DNA of 64,000 bases from positions 2,464,001-2,528,000 of the forward strand of contig CBDBZU010000004.1 of assembly GCA_965213625.1 (NCBI GenBank), in the 5' to 3' direction. The stretch comes from a bacterium (GTDB lineage: Bacteria; UBA8248). This document shows, piece by piece, positions 47,395 through 56,265 of the stretch; within the stretch, counting starts at the first letter, position 1, and the number at the start of each line of letters is the position of its first letter. The notes below the pieces were generated by a model, which saw nothing but the letters and a program-made list of their open reading frames with translations, made no database searches and had not been told where the DNA came from. A program made the translations under genes and the position numbers.

Positions 47395-47676
47395 ATGTTT
47401 CGATTTTTGTTTTATCTGGCGTTGTCTTGGGCTATATTTTATCTTATACGCAGTTTCTTCAGCGGTATCGGGAACGCAGCCCGGAAGAATCGTGAGGCCG
47501 AAAGCGGCCTGGACGATGAAATGTTGAACTGCCCCGAATGCGAGACGTTCTTCCCCTCGCGTATGGGGATTACGAAGCGCGCGGGCGGCGGCAGGCATTC
47601 GTTCTGCAGCGTAGCGTGCGCAGAGAAATTCGCGGAAAGGGGCGGCCCGCCCGAAGCGGGTGATGAGCAAGCCTGA
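47395..47676 (+). CDS. Small membrane-anchored Cys-motif protein (PP0621/YHS-TRASH-like)
   Basis: N-terminal TM; EMLNCPECETFFP ... FCSVAC. Confidence 0.7.
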   Translation: MFRFLFYLALSWAIFYLIRSFFSGIGNAARKNREAESGLDDEMLNCPECETFFPSRMGITKRAGGGRHSFCSVACAEKFAERGGPPEAGDEQA

Positions 47677-47705
47677 GCGGATAAGACAAGCACAGGAGAT
47701 ACTCC

Positions 47706-48440
47706 ATGACGAGTGGAGCAACCGACCCGAACGCGCGGGGTGAAGACGGGTCCACGGCCTTGCACCATGCGGTGATGGGCAACGACGCCCTGGAAGCCGC
47801 AGGCGACCTGCTCGCGGCCGGGGCCGATGTGAACGCGCGCGACAAAAACGGCTGGACGCCGCTCCACTGGGCGGTGCGCTACATCCAGGACCCGGACGTT
47901 CTGGTGGTCTTGCTGCGGGCCGGCGCCGACGTGGAAGCACGCGACAGAAGAGGAGCCACGCCGCTCCACACGGCGGCGGCGTTCCGCGCGGAGCCTGCCG
48001 TTCTGGAGGCGCTCCTCGAAGCCGGCGCCGACCCCAATACGGAGGGGATATACGGCTGGACGCCCCTTCATGCGTCGGCGGCCTTTGGGAAAATCGGCGC
48101 CAACGTGGGGATACTGGTGAGCGGCGGCGCCCGGGTGAACACGCCGGACAGAAGAGGCCTGGCGCCGCTGCACTGGGCGGGCATGCGAAGCACGGCCCCC
48201 GGCGTCGTACGCGCCCTGCTCGCGGCGGGCGCCAACCCCGACGTGCGCGACAAGCGCGTTCGAACCCCGCTTCACTACGCGGCTGCGAAAGATGAAGTCG
48301 TTATCGAAGTCGTCGAAGCCCTCCTCGAAGCCGGCGCCGACCCCGCAGCAAAAGATTCCGAAGGCAAAACCCCTGTCGAGGGCGTCAAGCCCGATTCTCC
48401 TTTCCGGGATACGGAGGCGTATCGAAGGTTGGGGGGGTGA
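47706..48440 (+). CDS. Ankyrin repeat protein (about 6 repeats)
   Basis: Repeated G.TPLH.A...LL.AGAD.N units; RBS AGGAG. Confidence 0.92.
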   Translation: MTSGATDPNARGEDGSTALHHAVMGNDALEAAGDLLAAGADVNARDKNGWTPLHWAVRYIQDPDVLVVLLRAGADVEARDRRGATPLHTAAAFRAEPAVLEALLEAGADPNTEGIYGWTPLHASAAFGKIGANVGILVSGGARVNTPDRRGLAPLHWAGMRSTAPGVVRALLAAGANPDVRDKRVRTPLHYAAAKDEVVIEVVEALLEAGADPAAKDSEGKTPVEGVKPDSPFRDTEAYRRLGG

Positions 48441-48523
48441 ATTCCGACTGATGAAGGAGGAATTCCTCCGACCGATGAGGGAGAGTTTGCGGTTACAATC
48501 TTTGTAGATTGCGAGATGGTTTT

Positions 48524-48549
48524 GTAGGGGCGGACCTCTGTGTCCGCCC
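48524..48549 (+). repeat. GTAG-type REP
   Basis: GTAGGGGCGGAC-ctctgt-GTCCGCCC. Confidence 0.75.
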
Positions 48550-48837
48550 GTTATTTTTGTTCGTCACCCAGGAATGATTTTACCCGGGTTCCATAAAATG
48601 GGTTCCGCAATCGCTCCCTTCTCAGTCGCGATTGATGCCGGAATGATAATAAATTTCACTCTATCTTGAGGCTCAATTTCGAAAATAGAATGAGGGATTT
48701 ACTTCGAAGTAGGGTTAGGTCTTGACCTGTCCCTGCTGGCTGATTTATGAGAGGAAAAATTCGAACAAAGTGTGGAACATTGCGAGTTAATCTTTTCTCT
48801 ACTACGAAAATCGTTTCTTCATCAGCGATATAGGAAA

Positions 48838-49803
48838 ATGAACATGGGTAAAAAAACGCCCGAAAGCAACGACGATTCCCAAAATACCAAAGCAGGCTCC
48901 GAAAATATTGAATCGTCTTTTGATGATATTCTTGACGCATTAACTGATGCACTTAAGCATATCGAGAAATATCAAGATAGAGGTCAAATTCTTCGAGATC
49001 TAGTGGCTGCAGTGATTGCACAAGAAATGTCACGAATGACTGTAACCAAAATTAGAATGGTTGCTGGTGAGTTATCTGATGTTGATCAGGACGACCTTTG
49101 TATTGTCTGGTAGGTGCTCTCGCGGCATTATGTTGGTGGTAAACATCAAACGTCTCTCGACAAGGGAATTCGGCAGCTCGAGAAACTAACGAAAGAAGAA
49201 GCTCGGCACGTTATATATGAAATCAGGTGTGCAATTGAAACCACGATAAACAGGGAAATGGAAGAAAAGACGATAAATATAGGGTTGGCTATTCCGGTAA
49301 TAGGCAAAATAGGGCTAGGTTCAATTCGGTTGAATGTTCGCGGAACAAGACTTGCCGTGAGGAAATTCCAGGGCCGATTTGTTCGTTTATTGGTGAAAAA
49401 TAGTCTATGGCTTGCGGTTATTGCGGGGACAATTCACTGGATCAGTTGGACTATATTTGATGAACCATTTTTGGCCTCAAGATTTGAGAACTTGGCGAAG
49501 GTTATCCAATTTGTTCTATTGCTCCCTATCACTTTTGGAGTTTTGATTATAACTCAAAGCGATATCCTTAGCTTCATTGGAGACAAGACCAATTCCTTGC
49601 GTAAGTTTATCAAGTGGGCGTTGTGGTTTATTGCGGTAGGCGGGTGGTTTTATTGGATTATTTGGTTACTTTTCGGCATTCCTAAGGGAGTTACAGGTTT
49701 GGAAGAGGTACTGCAACTTTCATTGCCGTTTTTGTTGATTCTTGGAAGTGTGGGTGTGTGGATGTTCGGGCTCATATTCAAAGGAGAAAAGAATAACGAA
49801 TAG
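48838..49803 (+). pseudogene. Low-GC membrane protein gene interrupted by an in-frame TAG at 49111-49113
   Basis: ORFs 48772..49113 and 49114..49803 are contiguous in one frame; about 4 C-terminal TM helices; AT-rich relative to flanks. Confidence 0.55.
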
Positions 49804-49976
49804 CGGAGTGGAATTTCCCAGCACACAAAAGAAATTAATTTATCGATCCGAAGTATTCTGATACGCAAGCGGTGAAAAGGAATAAGTGGCACAGACAGCC
49901 GCTTGTTAGCTATTCGAATGACACGAAGCCAAGATGAATGCCCTATTTGAGTTTCCTATCGAAGGTATATAGTCCT

Positions 49977-50004
49977 TAGGGGCGGTTCTCGAACCGCCCC
50001 TACA
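49977..50004. repeat. GTAG-type REP
   Basis: TAGGGGCGGTTCTCGAACCGCCCCTACA; 30-bp identical copy at 50548-50577. Confidence 0.8.
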
Positions 50005-50060
50005 CAATCCCTCGTTGTTGGTCGAAAATATTCCTCACTCTTCCGTCGGCTTTGATAACG

Positions 50061-50147
50061 GATTTTATTTTTCAGCTCACGAAACAGGATTTCAACGACT
50101 TGAGATCACAAATTGTGATCTCAAACCGGGGCGGCAGGCGGTATCAA
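50061..50147 (+). pseudogene. ORF6N-domain gene remnant
   Basis: Translates as DFIFQLTKQDFNDLRSQIVISNRGGRRYQ, resembling the ORF6N core; the rest of the domain is missing. Confidence 0.7.
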
Positions 50148-50186
50148 CTTCTTCTGCTCCGGATTCCGCAATCGTTTCCTACTCCA

Positions 50187-50438
50187 GGCTGTTGAGAAAG
50201 CCCCTCTCCACCTCATCCTGAGTAGCGGTGAAGCCGCGTATCGAAGGATGCCCTCTCGCCCGGCGCGAGGCGTTCGAATTTCCTCGCCCTTCGATACGTC
50301 CTTCGACAGGCTCAGGACTACTCAGGGTGAGGAAAGAGGCGTTGGCGGTTTGTGGGGGTCGAACCCGATTGAGGAATAAGGGTTCGACGCGACCGGGGAG
50401 GGAGCGTTCGTTGCCATTGACGGGGCTTTTCAACAGCC
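50187..50438. mobile_element. Putative MITE with TIRs enclosing a REP-like element (related to 2335-2557)
   Basis: GGCTGTTGAGAAAGCCCC ... GGGGCTTTTCAACAGCC; internal CCTCATCCTGAGTAG...GTATCGAAGG...CCTTCGATACG...CTACTCAGGGTGAGG. Confidence 0.7.
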
Positions 50439-50547
50439 CCTCATCGCTTGGGATTGACACCATAATGACCAGGAGGTGGCCAAGCCAGGGCGGGGCGGGC
50501 ACACTCGAACTCCCCCTCCTCGGCTCCTACTGCGCGTATTCATTACA

Positions 50548-50572
50548 GGGCGGTTCTCGAACCGCCCCTACA
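50548..50572. repeat. GTAG-type REP
   Basis: GGGCGGTTCTCGAACCGCCCCTACA. Confidence 0.8.
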
Positions 50573-50682
50573 CAATCTTTCCATTTCGGCTGGAATTGGG
50601 ACACGCGCGCGAGAAAGGTACTTGCTCCCCGGAGGCGATTCGCTTAACCTGAATGCGCCTAATCCGCAATAGGAGCCTCGTT

Positions 50683-50976
50683 ATGCCGAAGCTCAATGTC
50701 GACCTGACGGAGCATCAGGAAGAATTGATCGAAAATCTGGTCATATCCGGGCAGTACCGAGACGCGGGTGAAGTGCTCCGCGCGGGTATCCGTCTGGTGG
50801 AACGGCAAGCGGCGGAGGACGAGGCCCGCTTGAAAGCCCTGCGCGAAGCCGCCGATTCAGGTATCGCTGACATCGTGGAAGGGCGGTTCCGAACCTTCGA
50901 CGCGCCTGAATCGCTTCGCGGGCATCTCTCACAACTGGCCGAAGACGCCATCACAGACCCAGCCGCCGAGGCATAG
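50683..50976 (+). CDS. parD: ParD-family antitoxin (CC2985 type)
   Basis: NVDLT...IENLVISGQYRDAGEVLRAGIRLVE; RBS AGGAG; 2 bp upstream of parE. Confidence 0.88.
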   Translation: MPKLNVDLTEHQEELIENLVISGQYRDAGEVLRAGIRLVERQAAEDEARLKALREAADSGIADIVEGRFRTFDAPESLRGHLSQLAEDAITDPAAEA

Positions 50977-50978
50977 GG

Positions 50979-51326
50979 GTGGCGGATCGCCGACATTGGC
51001 GGGTCCGACTCACGAAGTCTGCCGAAACCGATTTCCATAACATACTGCGCTGGACTTCTGATCGATTCGGTGAAACGCAGGCGCGCATCTACGTCGATAC
51101 CTTGAACGAAGCCATTGGAGCGCTCATGGAAGGACCGGATGTCACCGGGGCGAGGCGGCGCGATGAGATCGCAGAGGGGCTGATGACGCTTCATGTCGCC
51201 AGAGGAGGACGAAGAGGCCGTCATTTCGTACTCTACCGAGTAGGTGAAGGCGAACCGTTTCAAATCGATGTGCTTCGTTTGCTGCACGACGCGATGGACC
51301 TGCCCCGCCATCTGGGGGGAGATTAG
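50979..51326 (+). CDS. parE: ParE/RelE-family toxin
   Basis: VRLTKSAETDF..I..WT..RFG..QA..Y, RHFVLYR, VLRLLHDAMDL. Confidence 0.9.
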   Translation: MADRRHWRVRLTKSAETDFHNILRWTSDRFGETQARIYVDTLNEAIGALMEGPDVTGARRRDEIAEGLMTLHVARGGRRGRHFVLYRVGEGEPFQIDVLRLLHDAMDLPRHLGGD

Positions 51327-51354
51327 GATAAGTCCGCTGGTGGAGAGCGCCCGT

Positions 51355-51411
51355 GACGACAAACCGCATGACGCCGAAATTGTGGACTACCATAAAAGGA
51401 TGGTCGAATGA
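51355..51411 (+). pseudogene. 3' remnant of a HigB toxin gene
   Basis: DDKPHDAEIVDYHKRMVE*: EIVDYH is the typical HigB C-terminus; its TGA overlaps the higA ATG (ATGA). Confidence 0.7.
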
Positions 51412-51713
51412 ACGTGAAAAACGCCATGAGGCCGGTGCATCCGGGCGAGATACTGCGCGAGGAACTGGACGCGCTGGAACTCTCGGCCAATGCGCTCTCG
51501 AAGGCGCTCGGCGTGCCGGTGAACCGGATCACGACGATACTGAACGGCCGGCGAGGGGTGAGTGCGGACACGGCTCTGCGCCTGGCGCGTTATTTCGGGA
51601 CGACGCCCGAACTCTGGATGAACCTGCAAAAAACCTGGGAGCTTCGCCGGGCCGAGCTCGCCCAAGGCCGCGAGATCGCCAAACGGGTGAAGCCCCGGCA
51701 AACGGCGGCGTAG
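51408..51713 (+). CDS. higA: HigA-family antitoxin
   Basis: MRPVHPGEILREE, LSANALSKALGVP.NRI, SADTALRLARYFGTTPELWMNLQ. Confidence 0.93.
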   Translation: MNVKNAMRPVHPGEILREELDALELSANALSKALGVPVNRITTILNGRRGVSADTALRLARYFGTTPELWMNLQKTWELRRAELAQGREIAKRVKPRQTAA

Positions 51714-51714
51714 G

Positions 51715-51774
51715 GTAGGGGCCGGGTACAGGGCCGTTCACGAATGATGGGCGGACAGTTAGGCCTGTCCCTAC
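51715..51774. repeat. Degenerate GTAG-type REP doublet
   Basis: GTAGGGGCCGG... and GGCGGACAGTTAGGCCTGTCCCTAC. Confidence 0.6.
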
Positions 51775-51845
51775 GGCGCTTCTGCTCGTCCGGCACCCCT
51801 TTTTCTTAGATCGGTTTTGCCCCTCCGCCCGGACATCTTGCCAAG

Positions 51846-51860
51846 TACCAAACTTTGGTA
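51846..51860. promoter_or_regulatory. Palindromic operator upstream of the second parD
   Basis: TACCAAA-C-TTTGGTA, overlapping a TATGAT -10-like hexamer. Confidence 0.55.
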
Positions 51861-51885
51861 TGATGTGTGTGAAGGAGGGATTCTC

Positions 51886-52122
51886 ATGCCGCGCAATACG
51901 TCGGTTTCGCTCGGGGATCATTTTACGGGTTTCATCGACGAGCAGGTTTCGTCGGGACGCTACAACTCGGCAAGCGATGTGGTGCGCGCCGGGCTGCGCC
52001 TGCTGGAAGAATACGAAACCAAGGTGGAGGCTCTGCGCGAGGCTCTCATCGAAGGCGAGGGGTCCGGCCCGGTGACACCGTTTGATTTCGATGCATTCAT
52101 CGCCCGCAAGAAATCCTCCTGA
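51886..52122 (+). CDS. parD: ParD-family antitoxin (orphan; no downstream parE)
   Basis: [36 protein letters not shown]...[11 protein letters not shown]...FDFDAF; RBS AAGGAGG. Confidence 0.92.
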   Translation: MPRNTSVSLGDHFTGFIDEQVSSGRYNSASDVVRAGLRLLEEYETKVEALREALIEGEGSGPVTPFDFDAFIARKKSS

Positions 52123-52143
52123 ACGGAATGGGTGAACAAAGAC

Positions 52144-52210
52144 GGGCAGGCACAGGGGCCTGCCCCTACAGCGCGTTTCCACTGCTGGACGGTTCGCGAA
52201 CCGCCCCTAC
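52144..52210. repeat. Two GTAG-type REPs
   Basis: GGGCAGGCACAGGGGCCTGCCCCTACA and GGACGGTTCGCGAACCGCCCCTAC. Confidence 0.75.
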
Positions 52211-52355
52211 CCAACCCTGCCTACACGCATAATAAAAATCACAGACAGCCGTCGTTCCGCCGTATGCCGGCGGCAACCGCATGGTTGACCGGAGTCGGGG
52301 AAAGTGATGATGTTGCGGGACTGTGGCTGATGCCTTTTCGCGGGGAGAATGGAGA

Positions 52356-53342
52356 ATGTGGGCTGATAAGAGAATACTGGGACTGCTGGAAATAGAGCAC
52401 CCCATCATACAGGCGCCCATGTCCGGCTCCACGAACCCGGAACTCGTGGCGGCGGTATGCAACGCGGGCGGCCTGGGGAGTTTCGGGGCCGCCGGAACGA
52501 AACCCGAGCGATTGCACGCCGTGGTGGAGGCGATTCGGGAGCGCACGGATTGCCCGTTCAACGTGAATATATTCTCCGCAGATACCGAGCGGTTCGACCG
52601 CAGCATCTCTCCCGGGCCCCGGCTGATGCGGCGGCTCGAAGAATACCATGCCGAAATGGGACTGGGAGAAATCCCGGAGCCGTCAGCGATGTTCGGCCCT
52701 GCGGAGGAGCAACTGGAGGTATTGCTTGAACATAAGGTTCCCATAATCAGTTTTCATTTCGGCGTCGAGCCGAGCGTCGTGGAGAAGAGCCGGCGTTCCG
52801 GCGCCAAGGTTTTGTGCACCGCGACGACCGTGGCCGAGGCCAGAGTGCTGGAGGAGGCCGGCGTCGATGCCGTAATCGCGCAAGGCTCTGAAGCGGGCGG
52901 CCACAGGGGAACTTTTGATGGCGATTACCGCCAGGCGCTTATCGGCGCCCTGGCGCTGGGGGCATCGGCCGTTCAAATGGGCACGGCGTTTCTGGCTTGC
53001 CCGGAAGCCCCGGTAGCCGGGGCGTGGCGCGAGGCGCTGCTTCGCGCGGAAGCGGACGCCACCGTGGTGACGGAGGCCATGTCGGGCAAGCCGGCCCGCG
53101 GGATTCCCAATCGCTACGTTAGGAAGATAGAAGCGCTGGATGAGACGCTGCCGCCGTATTCCGCGCAGTACTCCCTCTCCCGAGAACTGCGCAAGGCGGC
53201 CTCCGAGCGGGACAATCCTGAATTCATGGCGATGTGGTCGGGCCAGGGGGTAGGGCTCATCCGGCGACAGCCCGCCCCTGAGCTGGTCGCTACGCTGGTG
53301 AGAGAGTCTCGGCGAATCATGGAGCGATTCACCGGGCAATAG
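52356..53342 (+). CDS. Nitronate monooxygenase family flavoprotein with an apparent internal in-frame deletion (possibly non-functional)
   Basis: PIIQAPM, AGGLGS, AQGSEAGGHRGTF, VQMGTAF, SGKPARG, MWSGQG; the VIAAGGIxDG segment is absent. Confidence 0.8.
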   Translation: MWADKRILGLLEIEHPIIQAPMSGSTNPELVAAVCNAGGLGSFGAAGTKPERLHAVVEAIRERTDCPFNVNIFSADTERFDRSISPGPRLMRRLEEYHAEMGLGEIPEPSAMFGPAEEQLEVLLEHKVPIISFHFGVEPSVVEKSRRSGAKVLCTATTVAEARVLEEAGVDAVIAQGSEAGGHRGTFDGDYRQALIGALALGASAVQMGTAFLACPEAPVAGAWREALLRAEADATVVTEAMSGKPARGIPNRYVRKIEALDETLPPYSAQYSLSRELRKAASERDNPEFMAMWSGQGVGLIRRQPAPELVATLVRESRRIMERFTGQ

Positions 53343-53395
53343 CGCGACTCGCCGGTAAATGTATTTTCCCCCGGAAAATTTTCTTCGGGCATACC

Positions 53396-53890
53396 CGCAA
53401 TTCCCCGCATTTGCGGCTCTCGGGCAGGGCGGGCCTACCTGTAAGGTGGCGAAGCGTCCCGGCCTCTTCACGGAGAGGGGCAGGTGAATTACCGGCGGCG
53501 CCATGAAGAGGAAGAGACGATGGCGAAAGATGTATCGGGCGAGCAATCCATGCAGGCTAATTCGTGGCGGCGGGAGAATATCTCGCGTTATCCGTGTGTC
53601 CGCGGCTCTGCACGGACGAAGTCGGACGGCGGAAACGAGCGCGCGTGCGCGGATACGGAATTAATGAACAATTCGATAAAAATAGATAAATTCACGGGGT
53701 TATTCGATAAATTCCTGAAAATAAATCGCCGGAAGAAATCTTGTAACCGATTTAATTTCAATGATATCAATGAGTATATGAGCGCGTGCCGCGCAGATAA
53801 AGGCGCAATAATTTTTTTCACGCACAGCATTTGCCCGCAATTTCGATGAGTTAAGCGCGCCTCGGCGCATTTTCCCGCAATTCCCCGCAA
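53396..53890. repeat. Dispersed non-coding element, copy B (homologous to 6735-7312)
   Basis: CGCAWTTNCC boxes at 53396-53413, 53827-53843, 53866-53890; conserved GATAAA block at 53658-53692. Confidence 0.7.
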
Positions 53891-53997
53891 ATCCTCACCC
53901 TCCCGCCATGTTGACATTTGGGCGCAGTGGCGTCATCTTCAGAATAGCGGGGCATGGCTCCGCAGGGGGGAAATCAACACATCCGGCGGGAGGCAAA

Positions 53998-54648
53998 ATG
54001 AAGATATTCATCGATACGGCGAACGTGGAGGAAATCATCGAAGCGGCGTCTACGGGCATCCTGGACGGCGTGACGACGAACCCTTCGCTCATCGCGAAGG
54101 AGGGCGCCGACCACCACACGCGAATCAAGGAGATATGCGAGGTGGTCGACGGGCCGGTGAGCGCCGAGGTTATCGCCACGGAGTGGAAGGAGATGGTGGA
54201 GGAGGGCCGCGAACTGGCCGCCATACACGAAAACGTGGTGGTGAAGGTTCCGGTGGGCGTCGATGGCCTGCGCGCCGTCAAGGCCATGCGCGAGGAGAAC
54301 ATCAACACGAACGTCACCCTCATCTTCAGCCCCGCACAGGCGATGCTGGCCGCCAAGGCGGGGGCATCGTTCGTGAGCCCCTTCGTGGGCCGGCTGGACG
54401 ACATCTCCAGCCCGGGCATGGATATGGTGGCCGACATCGTGCAGATTTTCGAGAATTACGATTACGCCACCGAAGTGCTGGTGGCGAGCGTGCGTACGCC
54501 CATCCACCTGCTCGATGCCGCGAAAATGGGGGCGGATGTCGCGACGGTGCCCTTCGGGGTAATCGCGCAACTGCTCAAGCATCCATTGACGGATATCGGG
54601 TTGGAGAAATTTTTGGCGGATTGGCGCCGCGCCAATGAAATGCGCTGA
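53998..54648 (+). CDS. tal: Transaldolase / fructose-6-phosphate aldolase family
   Basis: [50 protein letters not shown]; TTGACA -35 at 53911. Confidence 0.93.
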   Translation: MKIFIDTANVEEIIEAASTGILDGVTTNPSLIAKEGADHHTRIKEICEVVDGPVSAEVIATEWKEMVEEGRELAAIHENVVVKVPVGVDGLRAVKAMREENINTNVTLIFSPAQAMLAAKAGASFVSPFVGRLDDISSPGMDMVADIVQIFENYDYATEVLVASVRTPIHLLDAAKMGADVATVPFGVIAQLLKHPLTDIGLEKFLADWRRANEMR

Positions 54649-54671
54649 CACTCCGGGAGGTTAGAATAGCC

Positions 54672-54908
54672 ATGCCGATGTATGAATTTATTTGCGGAAG
54701 CTGTGAAAAAGATTTCGAGACCATCGTTTCCTCCTCAGATGCCGTCGATGGGGTTGAATGCCCTGAATGCGGCTCGAAGAAGGTTCACAAGAAACTCTCC
54801 CTGTTCGCCAAGTCCACTACCGGTGCTGCGGCGTCGGCGTCGGCCTCGACCTATAGTGGATACTCGGCTGGCGGGGGTGGCTGCGGAGGCATGTGTTCGT
54901 GCCACTGA
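54672..54908 (+). CDS. FmdB-family zinc-ribbon protein
   Basis: MPMYEFICGSC...CPECGS..V.KKLS.F; C-terminal CGG.C. Confidence 0.9.
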   Translation: MPMYEFICGSCEKDFETIVSSSDAVDGVECPECGSKKVHKKLSLFAKSTTGAAASASASTYSGYSAGGGGCGGMCSCH

Positions 54909-54989
54909 TCCCTCCAATCTGAGTTTTACTCTCTCGCCGCCTGATTCGCGCTCTATCCTTTCAGTTAATTATCTAGGGGAGGGAACATC

Positions 54990-56240
54990 ATGTCCCAAGA
55001 CGAGCGAGTCAGCGTATTCGAGACCGCAGCCGCCCAATTCGACCGGGCGGCGGAACTCATCGGTTTAGACGATGAAATGCAGTTTCTTCTCAAGACTCCC
55101 TTTCGTGAGGTGAAAGTAGAGCTCCCCATCCGCAGGGACGACGGCTCCCTGGGCGTTTGGCAAGGCTACCGCGTCCAGTTCAATGGCTCCCGGGGGCCTT
55201 TCAAGGGCGGAATCCGCTACCACCATGAAGTGGATATGGACGAAGTGCGTGGTCTCTCGGCCCTGATGGCCTGGAAGACGGCTTTGGTCAACATTCCATT
55301 TGGAGGTGGGAAAGGCGGCATTACCGTTAACGTGAAGGACCTCAGCGTCTATGAGTTGGAGCGGCTGACCAGGAAATTTATCGCGCGGATCGGCCATATT
55401 CTGGGGCCATACCGCGATGTTCCCGCCCCGGACGTGAACACGAACGCGCAAGTGATGGCGTGGATTTTTGATGAATACAGCAGTCGGCACGGATATGCAC
55501 CGGCTTGCGTTACCGGAAAGCCTTTGGCCATGGGCGGCTCTCCGGGGAGGGAGGCTGCTACGGGGCGTGGCGCCGTCATGGTGTTTGAGGAGATTGCAAA
55601 AAGAGAAAGCTGGGAACCTGCAGCCATGACGGCGGCGATACAAGGTTTCGGAAACGTCGGCTCTTTCGCCGCCAGATTCATAAAGGAAATGGGTGTGAAG
55701 GTGGTGGCGATTTCGGGCAGCAGAGGCGCCTATTTTAATGGCGACGGCATTGACATCGAAGCGGCCGCTGCACACCGGATGGAAGCAGGTACGCTCGAGG
55801 GTCTTGGGGGAGTCGAAGAAATCACAAATGAAGAGCTTTTGGCGCTCGATGTTGACATCTTGATTCCGGCTGCTCTCGGCGGTGCTATCCATGCCGGTAA
55901 TGCCGCAAACGTGAAAGCCCGGGTAATTCTCGAAGCGGCCAATGCTCCCGTAACCGAAGAGGGAGAGAACATTCTGGCCGGTGATGGTAACGCCTTGCTG
56001 ATCCCTGACGTTTTAGCGAGTTCCGGCGGCGTAACGGTCTCGTATTTTGAATGGGTTCAGAACATCCAGCAATTTGGCTGGGATGAAGAGCGGGTGAACG
56101 GCGAGTTGGGCAAAATCATGACGCGCGCTACCTCAGAGGTGTACGAACTGGCCAATGAAAAACAAGTGTCTTTACGCACGGCGGCCTTTATTGTTGCAAT
56201 TGAAAGAACCGCTGAGGCCGAGCGCCTTCGCGGTTTATAG
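54990..56240 (+). CDS. gdhA: Glu/Leu/Phe/Val dehydrogenase (glutamate dehydrogenase)
   Basis: GPFKGGIRYH, PFGGGKGG, DVPAPDVNT, TGKP, ATGRG, QGFGNVG, EAAN.P, GGVTVSYFEWVQN. Confidence 0.95.
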   Translation: MSQDERVSVFETAAAQFDRAAELIGLDDEMQFLLKTPFREVKVELPIRRDDGSLGVWQGYRVQFNGSRGPFKGGIRYHHEVDMDEVRGLSALMAWKTALVNIPFGGGKGGITVNVKDLSVYELERLTRKFIARIGHILGPYRDVPAPDVNTNAQVMAWIFDEYSSRHGYAPACVTGKPLAMGGSPGREAATGRGAVMVFEEIAKRESWEPAAMTAAIQGFGNVGSFAARFIKEMGVKVVAISGSRGAYFNGDGIDIEAAAAHRMEAGTLEGLGGVEEITNEELLALDVDILIPAALGGAIHAGNAANVKARVILEAANAPVTEEGENILAGDGNALLIPDVLASSGGVTVSYFEWVQNIQQFGWDEERVNGELGKIMTRATSEVYELANEKQVSLRTAAFIVAIERTAEAERLRGL

Positions 56241-56265
56241 AACCGGCACATCGGTGGAGTGTTCG

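Noticed and set aside
49111-49113. Pyrrolysine/amber recoding
   Set aside because: No pyl genes or methylamine methyltransferase context, and other genes here use TAG as a normal stop.
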